This document shows, piece by piece, positions 47,771 through 62,019 of a stretch of DNA of 64,000 bases (position 1 is its first letter; each line of letters opens with the position of its first letter). Source of the stretch: Chiloscyllium plagiosum (taxonomy: Eukaryota). The position numbers and the translations under genes were made by a program. Below the pieces are notes generated by a model, which saw only the letters and a list, made by a program, of their open reading frames with translations, was not told the origin of the DNA and did no database searches. Location of the stretch: positions 43,921,809 through 43,985,808 of the forward strand of contig NC_057718.1 in assembly GCF_004010195.1 (NCBI RefSeq), read 5' to 3'.

Positions 47771-50345
47771 AGGACAGCTCCCAGATAACTAAATAACTTA
47801 GGGGTGTTCATGATTAGGCAGAAGCAATTGAACCTCCAGAAAGGACAGCACTGTGTTTCTGCTCTGCAGTAAAAAGCATTTCAAGCCTGAAGATAGTCAA
47901 GTTACGTCTCCTCATCAGTTGCTATCAGCTGGAACTTTTAGATAATCAGTCAGACATTTTTATAAGTATGAAGCAGTCGCCCTGCACCTCCAGCAAACAA
48001 TGAGATGGAAGATCAAGAAATAATCTTTTGATTAGTAAAATAAGATTATATTTGCAAAGTTTGTGGACCAGAATTACTGAATTACTTTTAAACACATGGT
48101 TTAAATGGAATGTTTAACCATGTTAACTTGAGTTAACAGAATGAGTGCATTAATTACTAAGTGCACGAAGAATTAATAATGAAACCTAAATACACACAGA
48201 TTAGAATCAAGAGAGTGAGTCAAAAAATGTAAATTTTGAAAGAAGTCCAGATGCACAAATTAGTTTATGAATTACCCCAGTAGTGGATAGTTGAATATTG
48301 TAGTGGAGGTTACTGGTAGTGTTGACATTATGTGCTAAAGATACTCATAGTATTTTTAGGTTTTAATACATAATAACAGTGGCAAAGCTTCCTGAATCAC
48401 AGACCAAATCAATACCTGATTCACCCTAGAGTATAAATTGTTCTGATGGTATGAAATTTGGAATTTTCTTTGTTCTGATGAATGCAGGACAAAAGCTACA
48501 GCAACATGTCTCTTTTTTTCAGCAGTCGTTGAACTAAGTTTTAGCCCATAAAGTTTTTAAAATTTGCAAAGAATTATAAGTACACCACAGTAGTTAAAGT
48601 ATTTTTTAAAAAATCATTCACACATAGGTGTACATCACTAGCAAAGTCAGCATTTTTTTGCCTCTTGTGAGAAGGTGGAAGTCAGTATTTTCTTGAAACT
48701 CTGCAGCCCATGCTGTGAAGGATTTCCATAGTGTTATTATAAAAGGATTTCCAGGACATTTAGAATGAATGGATAAGAAATTAAGCTATTTAGCCCTTTC
48801 CAGCAATACTGGGAGTACTCTTGGAGCTTAATGGCTTCTTTTTGTGGGAGAATCACATCTGACCTTGACTACTTCTGTGAGTTCATTGAATTTTTGGCTA
48901 TCAGGTTCAAATGTCATTGTAGTGGGTGGCTGGAGGGCCTTCTGAGAAGAGGTCTCATCACTCCTTTTTGTCATCAATGCAACATTGGAACATCTTCAAA
49001 TCTACTGTCGACTCAAATATTGCTATTATTGAGTGTTTCCCAGATCAAAATTATTTTTACAACACCTACAGGCTCCAGCTATAAGGTACCACAGTTTTAA
49101 GAGATACAAGCTGGCATTAGATAGTGTCAGCTGACTTTAACTCAAGCTGGATGCTTATGAACATGAAACATCCACTCAGGTTTGCAGACATTCAACAATA
49201 TGCTAAATGCTGGCCGGACACTACAACCATTTATATTGGAAAGAACCTCTGGGAGAATCCAAAAGATCATTGTAATGTTTGTTTTCTGTCCAATTCCAAG
49301 TTTACTGTCACAATTTATAACCACAATATTAAAAGTTAAATAGTTCACAAGCCAATATTAAGTGATTTCCAGCCTGTAATTATTGTGTTAAATATGTTTC
49401 TTTCATTTATGTTTACTGTTTATTACTGTGATAAGTCTCAGTTTGAGTTTTATTTCTTGCCTGTGTGATTCTCCTGTAGTTGAACGTTTTCTGGAAGAAG
49501 AGAAAGCAGAGGAGCAGCAGGTACCATTGAGGGAAGCCAGAATAATTAGACATCTTGAGGAGAGCCGAACCATTGCAACACTAACTATCCGAAAGGAGCT
49601 ATAAACCTCAATGCAATTTTCAAGACCTTTCCCTAGCTTTCCTCTTTCATGAGACTACACTTCAGTTATGAAACTTTAGAGCAGCTTTGTTAATTGCTAC
49701 AGGCATATTTGAAAAATAAGATCCCAAGTGCACACAGTTCTGACTGTGCAGGAGTAATGACCATGGCTCTGTAAGGGGATCGACCATATACAATCATAAG
49801 TTGTATAATTGTATTCTAAGTCTGTGCTGAATTCACTTACAGTGATTAGTGGTTCAGAAAAAAATTTCGATTGAATATGTGAATACGAGAAAAGAGTGAA
49901 GGGCTAATGGTTGAAGGTGTATAGATTTAATTAGAATTATTTGCTTCCACATCAGCCTGAATTGTGTGAAGTAGTGTGTATATTCTAATTTGTAGACATT
50001 GATTAAAATTTGACTCAGATAGACATTCCCCATACTATCCATTTGCTATGGGAATCCTTCACTGGGCATCTTGCTAATTGCAAATTCTCAATCCATGGTG
50101 ATTCATAGAACCAAAGATACTAATGGGAGATATTGGGAAGCCAGAACCAAAGATAAAATATTTCAACATGTTTGCAAGTCTTGTTGGATGTCATGCAAAT
50201 AATATAAATGCGGCAAAGTGATTTTGTTTCAGGATTGGGTTTGGTATGTGCATCTGTAAGGATATTGTTAACTATATGACTGAGTGAGGAGGAGTACATT
50301 GATCCCCTTATTCATAACCCCTCAGCTCAACAACAAAAAGATTTT

Positions 50346-52597
50346 GATAGGAGTCTTATAGAAACTTGAGTTATGGTGAGTTTCTTGGCAAAACTATTCG
50401 AGATGTCCAATGAGGCCAATCTTGACATCAGGAGCAACTCGCTGCATTTTTAATGCATTTGCCAAACAGCATGGCACATTTCCCATCAGGCAATTCTCAA
50501 CTTAAAGGTCAGAGTAAGTATCTAGTTGACTTCAGCTCGCCACTGGCTGTGGAGCCTTCATGTTGCTCAGCAGCAACTGGCATCTCTGGGCATGAACCAT
50601 GGGCACCAGCTGCTTGCACCGGTCACCCATGAATATTGCCATCTGATATTTGTCAAGCCTTTACGATCCTTATTGGACTTCTCCAATACACTTGCAGGAT
50701 GCTTTGGAAGCACAGACTTAAATTGTAGGGTTCACCGTCAAACAGCATTGAAAGGTGCTGCAAGGATACATGATTGAACTAGGCTGCATCTCAGGACTGC
50801 ACAATTTCTCTCTTTGCTCTCATTCATTTAGTACTTACCAGGGTGTGTAGCTTTCAGACATAATGTCAGGGCTTAAAGGGCAGGGAAGACAAGCAGGTGG
50901 CTGGAAGAACACAGCAAACCAGGCAGCATCAGAAGGTGGAGCAGTTAACGTTTCAGGGAAAAATTGAAAGTGGTGGGTCTTCAACTGGTGGATATTAGCT
51001 TTTGGGGTTGTGTGAAGTGAACATGGAGGCTCTGGGACATGGGGATAACTGAGGAGCAGGAAAATCCCTCTGCTGCTGGTATCCATCATGGCATTGTTCC
51101 CTGCCATCACTTGCTAATTTTTTAAAATGCGAAATGTGACTGAAAATGACTGAGACAATGCCCAGGACGGGTGAAGTCAGTTCCGGTTTGAACGGTGAAA
51201 ACATGGGATCCCTGTTTGCTGTATGCTAGGATGTTGAAGGGGCAAATCGATACAGCATGTGTTTTAAAACCCCAGCTGCAGTTCATTTACAATCTTTTTT
51301 TTGCCCATTTGCAATGCCTGTGGAGTGAACATGCTTCGGCTTCAAATGCTTGTCAAAGACAATTTGTACCATGCCATTGGTGCTTGCAAATCTAACATTT
51401 TCATCTCAGTGATGCAGAAGTTAGTGGCAATGACTTAAAAGGAGGTGAATGCTGGTCAAAAGCATCCCATCGCTTGTGAAACTTCCCAGGCTGCTGTGGG
51501 AGGATGGGAACATCGCCTCATCGTATGTGCTGTGACTATGATGCTGGTCTGTACTGAATGCGATGAAACATTGATGTGTGTCTGGGATGGGAAGGGTGTC
51601 AGAATGCAGCAGGCACTCCCTTTCTGATGTGATGTATTAAGACACTTGCACCAAGTTAGTGCACATACTGTGACCAGGACAATCATGGAGTAGACATTAG
51701 GACTGCTCAAGATGTGGTTTCACTGCTTGGACTGGTCTGTGGGGAGCCCTCCAGTGTACAGACTGTTGCACCATCCTGTTGTGCTGTGCTCTGCACAACT
51801 GGAGCAGGCAATGAGGTGATGTGATTGATGTTGAGGAACAGGGAGAACAGGAGTGGTCTTCAGAGGATAGGAGGAAAGAGGAAGCTGTCCTTGTGTATGA
51901 CAGCACTTAACTGTGTCAGATGCGACAAGCCTGACAGGATCTGATTGATACCCAGTTCCAGTAGACCATCATGGACTGTAAAATAACCATTGGACATCAT
52001 TTGGTTTGCATTAAAGGAGAAAACTACAGCCTTGATCATGTTTTGAATTGTTTGCCTGTATGTGATATTCCTTTATTGGACAATGATATGTTACTAGTTT
52101 CCAGGTGGCGTAGTGATGACATAGAGAGAGTGTTTAGATAGGATATAGCTGAGGACAGGTTAACCATGTGGCTTTTTGGTTAAACAGTGACTAGGATGAG
52201 GGATTGGGATGGTAAGTGCGAAGGGTATAAGCCATTCCAGCTACATGTGGCAAACAGTGTTGCTTTGTGGCTGTGGTGCTATTACCTTGCTAATCAGAAT
52301 CAATACCAGATTACAAATACTTGTCTTCGTACATGCTGGTCTCTAAAAGATAACTTGGGTGCAAGGGATGTTGGTCATTTGATGGATATCTGCTGAGTGG
52401 CAGTTTGTTTTAGGGATGTTGCATGGTACGATGGGGTGAGAACTGGGTGACAGGAATGCCATGGGATGCGGTAGTTAGCTAATGAAATGGGTTTGGTAAA
52501 ATATGAGGTGAGAAATCTTGCTAGACTTTTCCGTGAAAAATCCTCCGAAATATTTGAAACAACCTGCACTTAACCAAAGCAATGTAAGATTCAGCCC
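50346..52597 (+). mobile_element. PIF/Harbinger remnant with transposase C-terminal fragment
   Basis: 51673-51802 reads TRTIME*TLGLLKMWFHCLDWSVG.ALQ...ILLCCALHNW (HARBI1/DDE_Tnp_4-type C-terminus). Right end gtaagattcagccc; left end approximate. Confidence 0.7.
50888..50960 (-). mobile_element. PLE terminus fragment inside the Harbinger remnant
   Basis: ggctggaagaacacagcaaaccaggcagcatc...gttaacgtttcaggg parallels the reverse arm at 42980-43040. Confidence 0.55.
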
Positions 52598-52648
52598 TTT
52601 AATTATTTTTAATGTGCAGCTATATCACAACTCAATTAAAATGTAGTA

Positions 52649-52992
52649 CAAGTACACAATTCTTTATCCAAAATTCCGAAAACCATAAAGTTCCAAAATC
52701 CGAAGTTTCTCCGTGAAGTTTTTTTTCTGTATAACAAGGTTGTTTGGCGTGCGAGCAGGTGACCCAACTCCACACCCACTTGGCCCACATCACTCATGTG
52801 ATGTGGTGGTGTGGCCCAGCACTGGCAGGTGTTAGCTGTGTCTCAATGTTCGTACTAGTCACACATTGGTCTGCTGTTCGGTAAAAAAATTTTATTTCAC
52901 TGTGAAAATGTCATTTATTCTGAAATCCAAAAAATTTTGAAATCAGGCAAACAATTGGCCCCAAGGATTTTGGACAAAGGATTGTGTACCTG
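52649..52992. mobile_element. Tc1/mariner-pogo (Tigger-like) MITE, 344 bp
   Basis: TIRs caagtacacaattctttatccaaaat / attttggacaaaggattgtgtacctg; TA TSD at 52647-48 and 52993-94. Confidence 0.85.
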
Positions 52993-55396
52993 TACTAATC
53001 AAAACTAAGGAGCCAAATCTAAGGCTTATTGAATGAGAAAAGATTGTTATTGCTAACTAACTCCAAGGAAAACAATAAAATGCTGAAAGATAAGTGTGTA
53101 AGATTTCTTTTAAAAAAAGTGGGTCTGGCATAAAAGGAAGAGAAATTAAATGCAGTTTAAAAACTTCTGAAAACGTTTGAATTGATATACTAGCTTTTGG
53201 AAGTGATGAGAATGAAATTGGGAATGAGAGAAACTTTCATTCCTTGCTGTTATCAATCCATTTTGCTTTCTCTATGTCTCATGCTTTGCCAAGCACCTGC
53301 TGAAATAAATTTAATTGTGTATTTGTGAGTTTAGCTTCATTGTCTTTCCAAGCTAAATAGTTGCAGGCAACGTTTTCATGTCCAATATGTGCAACTTCTC
53401 ATACAAGTCAAATTAAGATGTGAGATGTGAGTTTCTTGATGACTGAATCAGTTTTCTGATTTCATTATATTTGCTTAAAATGCTAATTTCAGTAAAGATA
53501 ATTTTGTTTATTTCACACCTATTTCCTGAATTTGCCTCAAGGGGTCAGGTGATCATTGCAGTTCCATGTTCCACTTCCATGTTTTTCCTTTTAAAATTAG
53601 TTTGATTCATGAAGGACTTGACTATTAAAATCAGACAACAGAAGTTGAAAATTGATAATCCATAGTTTACAACTATCGTAAGACCACCTTGCCATGAGAA
53701 ACAGACATGAATAATTTTTCTCCCTTGTGTTCATGTTCAGGATTCTGTTTGAAGATCAATATGAACTAACAATAACAAAAGGAATGGCAGCACACACTTA
53801 TTCCACATGCACCGTCTCCATCTGAACCTGAGTTCAAAGACTGCTTGCCTGTTGGCAACTAGACTTGCACTGTCAGCTGTTGTTGTTTTCTGAGTTTTAA
53901 CCCTTTACTGCCCACTTTGATGATCTCTGCACCAGAAACAAGTACTTTGTTTGCAAATTTGACCACTAGTTAGTTGCTTCGTCTGGGGTGTCTAGACTTG
54001 CTTGCCGTAGCTGACCCCTCATTTAACTTTACATCATTTGATTGGGTGGTTGAGGTTTGAAACTTAGTTTTGTTACCTTGAATTCCAGTGAGCAACTTTG
54101 TTTCAACTTCGCTGTTTTGCCCCTGGTGGTTTCCATCAGTGGCATCTATTGTGGACTATGTTCCCTTAGTTATTCTCTGTGTTTTGAGGATGGAATTTCC
54201 TTGTTTCACTTTTTATGGAACACCGCTGCCCACAGTTGGATGTTCAACTTTTGCCATACTTTTTTGCCATTCTTCCATTGGGCAAGTCTTCACTTTTCAT
54301 GTTCTCCTATCATGTCTGAGGATTCCTCAGATCCTCCTTTGAAGGTGCCATGGAAGTATTTGTTAACTAGATTTTTTGCTCTGGTCTGTCCACCTTTATC
54401 AACTAACATGGTCCTTTCCTTTCTTTTCTGATTGTTGACACAACTCCTCTGGAATCTGTGTTGATCGTTTCAGCTGATCCTGGCTGGACACAGCCCTGTT
54501 TAATCCATATGACTCTTCAGAACCTTGCTACCACCTGTATGGTTTCAAGCCTCTCTTGTTTCCTGGCCTTGTTATTGTTCCCTGCTGAGTTAAGTCAACT
54601 ATCGTTTTTTGGTCTGCTGCAACTCTCCACAGACTTTTTGTTTTGCCCCTGTGGGCCTTCTGAATCTCTTTCAGTCTCTGATCTTTATTCTGCTGACTGT
54701 TGGCTCTATCCAACTTATACAACCATTCTGGACTGCACTTATTCATTTAGGAGCAGACTTCCAGCCAAATCATTCCCCGATAAAATATTTATTCCTGGCA
54801 TTAACTGCGTTGGGATGATACCCAGTGTTACAACACCCATAACAATTACTTTGCAAGCTTTAGTCAATGGCTTGCCCAAACTCTACATGTGTTTCTTTTT
54901 ATCAGCACAATGGAATATCACTTACTTTCAGGTGGAAAATCTTTTATTTTCTTCACTAACATGTCTGGAGTACTCAATGCCTTGGAGAATGTACATTTAT
55001 CTATTTTCTTTTAAACGATCAGTGGTCAACATTCCTTTTATTAAAATTCCTGACAACTATCCTGGTCAGCAGTCACAACCGAGCAGACACTTTTAGTGCT
55101 GCAGATAGTGGCTTTGCAGCTTGCATTTTAATGGACATTAAAACTTATTCATCTCTTTGACACACCTTGAGATGACTTCCCACCTGTCTCCCAAACCATA
55201 TCCCTTCTTGTCATAATCAAACTGCTTTCTCTGCTTGACTTCCCTTTTCTCTCCAGTTTGTCTCAGGGGTACTTTCCTTACATTTATATCTCTCAGATCG
55301 GTGACAGTTTCCAGATCCTAACATTCCCAGGGTTATGGGTTTGTGTGTTAGTTCACAGTCATTATTCAAAATGGCGGCTTTTTGGGGCTCTGTATA

Positions 55397-56506
55397 TTCA
55401 GAAAGTAAAGAGGCATGGAGTACAGAGAAATTTACCTGTCTGGATGCAGAATTGGCTGGCCCAGAGAAGACAGAGGGTAGTAGTTGATGGAAAGTATTCA
55501 GCCTGGAGTTCAGTGACTAGTGGTGTTCCATAAGGATTTGTTCTGGGACCTCTGTTCTTTGCGATTTTTATAAATGACTTGGATGAGGAAGTAGAGGAGT
55601 GGGTTAGTAAGTTTGTTGATGACACCAAAGTTAGTGGAGTTGTGGATAATGTGGAGGACTGTTGTAGAATGCAACAGGACATTGACAGGATGCAGAACTG
55701 GAGTGATAATTGGCAAATGGATTCAACCTGGAAAAGTGTGAAGTGATTCACTTTGGAAGGTCAAATTTGAATTCAGAATACAGGCTTACAGACAAGATTC
55801 TTGGCTGTGTGGAGGAACAGAGGGATCTTGGGATCCACGTCCATAGATCTCTCAAAGTGGCGACCTAAGGTGGTAGGATTGATAAGAACGCATATGGTGT
55901 GTTGGCTTTCATTAGCAGGGGATTGACTTTAAAAGCCATGACGTTATGCTTCAGCTTTATAAAGCCCTGGTTAGACCACACTTAGAATATTGTGTTCAGT
56001 TCTGATTGCTTAATTAAAGGAAGGATGTGAAAACTTTAGACAGACTGCAGGGGAGATTTATTAGGATGCTGTCTGGACTGGAGGGCATATCTTATGAAGA
56101 AAGGTTGAGGGAGCTAGGGCTTTTCTCATTGAAGTGAAGACAGATGAGAGGTGACTTGATAGAGGTGTACAAGATGATGAGAAGCATAGATAGCCAAGGA
56201 CTGTTTTCCCAGGATGGAAATGGCGATAATGAGGGCACATAATTTAAAGGTGATTGAAAGAAAGTTTAGGGGAGATGTCAGAGGTAGGTTCTTTGCACAG
56301 AGAGTGGTTAGTGCGTGGAATGCACTACCAGCAGGGGTAGTGGAGTCAGATACATTAAGGACATTTAAGGGACTCTTGGATAGGCACATAGATGATAGTA
56401 AAATGCAGGAATGTAGGTTAGTTTGATCTTAGAGTTGGCTAAAAGATCAGCACAACATTGGGGACTGAAGGCCCTGTAATGTGCTCTATGGTTCTATGTT
56501 CTATGT
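55397..56506 (+). mobile_element. 5'-truncated CR1-like LINE (RT C-terminal half and 3' UTR)
   Basis: WMQNWLAQRRQRVVVDG..VTSGVP, FINDLDE, KFVDDTK, LVRPHLEYCVQF, VVSAWNALP; tail (ttctatg)n. Confidence 0.93.
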
Positions 56507-56887
56507 TGGATAGCACTCACCACAGGCAAGAGGAATTGAAGCTCATGAACTCTCTCTATCACACTGTTCATAGCATATGGGGCCATTAGTGAACTGCCAT
56601 TTTAAATGGCGCACTAACCACTCAAAGATGATAAAAAAAGGCATCCAACTCTTCCTCATCAAACTCATAGCTTGAATGGCTGAACTTGTATGTCATTCCT
56701 TAAGCCTGAGTTATGTGTGGTTCCCTCACCAGTACTATTCTCACTTCTCACTCAGTCAACATCGGAGCTTCCTTTCTCCTTCTCCTTCTCTTTCCCAGAA
56801 TTCTCTTCCTTTTTTTTCTCTTCCTGCAGTTCTTTTCCTCCTTTTTTGCAATGTACTTCTAATTCTAATCAATACATATTACAAGAT

Positions 56888-57202
56888 GACATGATGGCTC
56901 AGTGGTTAGTATTGCTGCCTCACAGTGCCAGAGACCCAGGTTCAATTTCAGCCTTGGGCAACTGTCTGTGTGGAGTTTGCATTTTCTTCCTATATCTGCA
57001 TGTGGGTGTTCAGGTTTCCTCCCACAGTCCACAGATGTGCAGGTTAAGTGGATTGGCCATGCTAAATTGCCCCTAGTGTTCAGGGATGTGCTAGATAGGA
57101 AATGCAGGGTTTCCAGGAGTTGGTCTGAGTAGGATACTCTTCAGAGGGGTTGGTGTAAACTTGAAGGGCTGAGTGGCCTGCTTCCACACTGGAGCGATTC
57201 AA
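56888..57202 (+). mobile_element. HE1/V-SINE-like SINE
   Basis: tggctcagtggttagtattgctgcctcacagtgccagagacccaggttcaatt head, V-core and CR1-like tail. Confidence 0.85.
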
Positions 57203-59079
57203 TGAGGTGGGTACATCATCAGTGAAGAATAAAACTGATACATTCTAATTCCAACTTTAATTTATTCTCTTTCATTGACCTCAGTTTTCACCTCAGATAT
57301 TTTGCTCACTGTTTTGTAATTTCCATTTTCCTAGATTTTTGAGGAGTTCCAACTCTCAGTGTGTAGTTACCTTTTATTTCTTCAGAATACAGCACTTTGT
57401 TTCCTGAAAGGTATCTTGTCTTGCTCTATGAAAGCATTAACATCAACCATGGACATTTTCACACTTTTCATATTACAAACTCAGGAGAAGTCTTTTTGCT
57501 GTTTTCTTTTAAACAATATTTTGAGGGAGTGACTTAGTTTCCCCTATTCCAATTCTGTTGTTCACCTGAAGGAACATAGTTGTCAAGCCTCAAAAATTTG
57601 TTGCAACCAGGTAAGGAGGAGTTGAATCAGCCCCCTACCTTGTAACACCTTCGGTTGATCATAACAAGCATTTTAATTCTTTTAGCCTGCAGCTCGATCA
57701 CACTTCAATTAAAACAGTAAGTATCCAATTACAAGTTTTTTTGAGAGGAAAAAGAGGAATTTTATTACTTTGTAGCCCTGGGAAAAATGTTAAAATGCAA
57801 CATCAAACATACCCACACAAACAGAGGTATGAAGATTTTTTAAAAAGAGGAGAGTATCTGACGCAAGAGAAAGATAAAGAATATGCAGTTTAAAATATCT
57901 TAGAGGTCTTGAGTTATTGTAATTGAATTTGAGACCATAGCTGGGGGTTCAGTTGATTTCTTCACGCCTTAGCAATAGTGGAATTTGTAAAATCACTAAG
58001 TTATCAGTAAATAGATGCTTTTTTTTTAAATCAATGGTGCTGGCTTTTAAGATAACAATGAACAAATAAAGCTTTTAATTCATGCTGATGTTAATCAATA
58101 CTCATTTTGTCTCCATCCACTGTTGTGCCAAGCAGCTGCTAAAATATGATTCATTTGTGCGTTTCTGAGTCTGACTCCATTGTCTTTCCAAACTGAATAG
58201 TTGTATGAAACCTTCTTATGTTGAATATGTGCAACTTCTCGTATCAGTAAACATTAAATCGGTTTCTTGATAACTAATTGAGTTTACTGGTTTCAATATC
58301 ATGAGATAATTTCCTCTAAGTAATTTGTTTATTCCATATTGGTTTTCTGAACTTACTGCAACCTGTGGTGCAGCTGCAGCTATTTAAGACCACATTTCTT
58401 AAAGTCATTTTAGTCCATGAATGTCTTAGATATTAAAATAAAATAATGGAAGTTAAAAATTGATCATCTACATTTTACCACAGTTGTGATAAACTATCGT
58501 ACTAAAGAATATCATTTGCCTACCTATGAATTGTATTGCTTCCTTTCATTTACATTGAAATAATTATTTCACTCAAGTTCTCATCAGATTACTTCTGATC
58601 TCTGAATGCATACCAGATTTGAATCTTTTCAAATTTTGTGTCCATCACCCTTCTATTTCTCAACGGTTTACCTCCCCAACCACCACTCCCCCACACATAT
58701 TTTACTTTTTGTTTCTGCGATTCATGCCTATTTCCTAAAGATAGCTGGTGTGGGGGTTTTCACAATGTCTACAACCTCAGATTTTGGCAACCACAATTAT
58801 TACCACAATACTTATACCCTGTTTGTAAAGGATTTGGAATGTCTAAATGACAGAGATTAGGAGAAATCATGGAGGTATCAGCCCAGACCTTTGGTGAATC
58901 ATCAGCCTCTGCCATCGACTGCCTGAGAAATCCTGTGTTTAACTTGTCCATAGGTTATAATGAAAGCTCATTTCTGCAGCAGGGCCCAACACTGGAGCAA
59001 ACAGAATGGACTGTTAGTTTGGCACACTGCTGGCAGCCTCTTTTTGATCCTGCAAACTAAAAACACATCTCTTGAGATC

Positions 59080-59310
59080 AATCTTCAGCTCAACGACTGG
59101 CTTGGGTCTGCTACAGAGGCCAGACCAGGTAAAGATAGTAGATTATCTTCCATAAAGACATTCGTGATTCAGATGGCTCTTTGCAACAATATGTTTCTCA
59201 AGCTAGCATTTATTCCAAATCAATTTAACTGAATTTCAACTTACCCAGCAACCCATGTTGGTATTTAAACTCATGTCTGAATTATTAGTCTCATATTATC
59301 ACAAAGCTAT
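59080..59310 (-). mobile_element. Decayed SINE (family of 46754-47100)
   Basis: Reverse strand gactaataattcagacatgagtttaaataccaacatggg...ttggaataaatgctag...ttacctggtctggcctc. Confidence 0.55.
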
Positions 59311-61638
59311 CATTTCCTCTAATTTAATAGTTTTAATGTAAATTTTGCATTAGCTGATATGAACAGAATTGCACCGTTATAGTGGACAGGTTTACTTTAG
59401 CTGTATATGACTTAATTCTCCAGATTACTTGTGTCAGACTTATCCACAAATGGCTAATATACTACCTATAAGATATTGTTGTTTTCATTTTATAGCATTT
59501 TATGAGTACATTGAAGATGCAACCTCAGGTGTCAGGATAATTGCTTAATCCCCTCTAGGCACACTGCAGGAATGTCAGTTGAATGTTGGTGGATGAAGTA
59601 CAGTAGAAAATGGATGAGTCATAAGCTGCTGATAGAAAGACATGTGCTTATGCATTATAAACACCCTGCTACAGAGGCAAGCTGTCTGAACATTTGGCAT
59701 TACAGACAGCTTGTTCCATTGTTAGTTGAATGTCCACAGTTGGCCGCTGGGGACTTGAAAGAGTATGTTCCTTTCAAGAAGCCCATCTTATTGTCAAAGT
59801 ATCGTATTCATGTTAGTCATTGTAAGTATTACTGTTAGAACCAGCATTTTGTCAAGTGGTGAGTTAAATATGTCATTTGAGGTGTAAATATTTCAAGTTG
59901 ACCAAAATCAGTTTGTCCTGAGCATTTATTTCTAATTAAAGCACATATGTGAACAATTATAGAATATGTAAAGCTATTATTTTAGTTGAAATTGTTTGAA
60001 TATCAGTAATGAAAACTGTACAGTTCAAAAATAAAAACAGTTTTGGCTATTTTGACTTGTCATAGATCTTATTCTTAATTCCTATTGTTCATATACATAT
60101 GCATTTTAATTAAGATAAAGAACCATCTGTCATTCAGCAAGTGACCTTCATAGTCTATCACATGCACCTTGAGGTTCATAATGTCCACTTCTCTTCAATG
60201 TACCATCCCCCAAGTGTTTTAGGTCACTTCAATTTTTGGTGTGAAAAGTGTTTCACAGTTTGTTGCTTGGAATCTAACCTTGGATATATTTTATTTTGAG
60301 AGAGGTGAGGTTTGCATTTTTCTCTGCCTGCATGCATTAAAACATTTTTCTAAAGATGAAACATTTTTTTTTCACTTGTATTTATTGCTTAATTGGAAAT
60401 GTTGTTGTCATTGAAAATTTATGTAATTCAAATACCAGTAGGAAGAAATTAATAGAAATAAGTGACATCTTTTGAACATTGATGTTTTGAACAATGTTTT
60501 CCCTACAAATTGATATCACGGATTCACAAAAAAATGAGGAAATTGTGCCTGTCACTGGTTATTTAGCTCAATATAATAAGTAGGGCCCCAGATGTTCATG
60601 TGAAGCTATTAGATTTTCCATAAAGATTAAGTGGCTGTTGAAATCTCAGATGAAGTGGAGCTCACCTCACTTCAAGGAGAGTTAGACAAAATAAGGTCTT
60701 GACTCAGCTTGACACTATTATTCCATTTCCCTCTATTCTTTCCAAGTGGTTTTCAGAGTATGAAAGAGATACAAGATCTAAATCTAGATATGTCTTTCAT
60801 ACCAAATGTTTTATTATTTGTCACCACAGGATAATATTTTGTTTAGTTCTCAAATGGCTCATGATTAGTCCAATAGGAACAAACAAATAACATTAACATC
60901 TCTGGCCACTTCTCTTACATTCATTCCATTATGTTTGACCCGACCCATTGCCTAGGTTCACCTACACCTTCTAAAACCCTTTTCTATTCATTAACACATG
61001 TGCTGTCATACACAATTCTAAAAGCATTCAGAAGTTTTGCTCAATTTCATTTGGAATAATCCTTAAATTAAAGCTGTGGCATTAGAGGAGATCTTACAAA
61101 AAAAATGAAACCCGCTGCATTTCCAAAGATTGAATTTACCCTTTTAAGGAAAAAATTCAAACCAATGATTGTATTCTGCAATGTGATATCAAGTTCATTA
61201 TACTTCAGTAAATATCAGAGAGAGCAAATGGATGCTTTTATAACAGTAGCGGTGGATTCTCAACATTACTTTAAAATATTTATTAAAAACAGTACAAGTC
61301 CAATGAAAAATATTATTATTAGTTCATCATATGATTTCAGTTTAAACTCTGTAGTAAACTGGAGGAGTTTACAATCTAAATTTCAGATGGGAAGATTTCA
61401 CGTTTCTAAATAATATACATGGCTTGGCAATGTTTCTTCTACAGAATACAGATTTTGCTGTGGTAATAACAGCTCGGCTATTAGCCTTTGCTATGTTACA
61501 GTGTAACTCTGACAGTAACTTCTGGTCACCAATATAAGTTATACTGTACTCCTCCTACTGCAGCCCTCAGCAAGACAATGGCCATTGAAATGACTGCAGT
61601 GATGTGAACTTGGGCACTTGTCTACTGATCTGTGCTAT

Positions 61639-61832
61639 GCTTTGGAGATGCTGGTGTTAGACTGGGGTGTACAAAGTTAAAAATCATGCAACACCAGGTT
61701 ATAGTCCAACAGATTTAATCGGAGGCACCAGCTTTTGAAACATTGCTCCTTCACCTGACAACCATCTAATGAAGGAGCAGCGCTCTGAAAGCTAGTGCTT
61801 CCAATTAAACCTGATGGACTATAACCTGGTGT
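61639..61832. mobile_element. Second-family PLE-like palindromic mini-element with 8-bp TSD
   Basis: Same sequence family as 27424-27581. Arms caacaccaggttatagtcca / tggactataacctggtgttg. TSD tgtgctat at 61631-61638 and 61833-61840. Confidence 0.8.
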
Positions 61833-62019
61833 TGTGCTATAAATGCCTGGTAAAATGTAGATCTGTTACTTTCATGAACAATTGAGCTGATAATGCCACA
61901 ATAATTGATAATTACTACAAAGTTTACATTAATTTTATAAGTCTAGTGTTTTATTCCCTAAAAAATGTAATACTTATAATTTCTTTTTTAGTTTTCCTAT
62001 CTCTTTAACATTTCTGTCT

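Larger units (their letters stand above)
50275..58491 (-). mobile_element. Internally deleted Ty3/gypsy (Gmr1-like) LTR element hosting several nested insertions
   Basis: 5' LTR 57599-58491 aligns with the fragmented 3' LTR (50275-50345, 52598-52648, 52995-53683). PBS-like aaatttttgaggcttgac next to 57598; PPT-like ggcaaggtgg 53684-53693. Gag FDEEELDAFF.IFEWLVRHLKW (~56600-56663) and AAILNNDCELTHKP (~55335-55380); protease end MPGINILSGNDLAG (~54760-54801). AACTA flanks both ends (50270-50274, 58492-58496). Confidence 0.72.

Noticed and set aside
54458..55096. 212-aa ORF
   Set aside because: Antisense to the Gypsy protease remnant; composition not gene-like.
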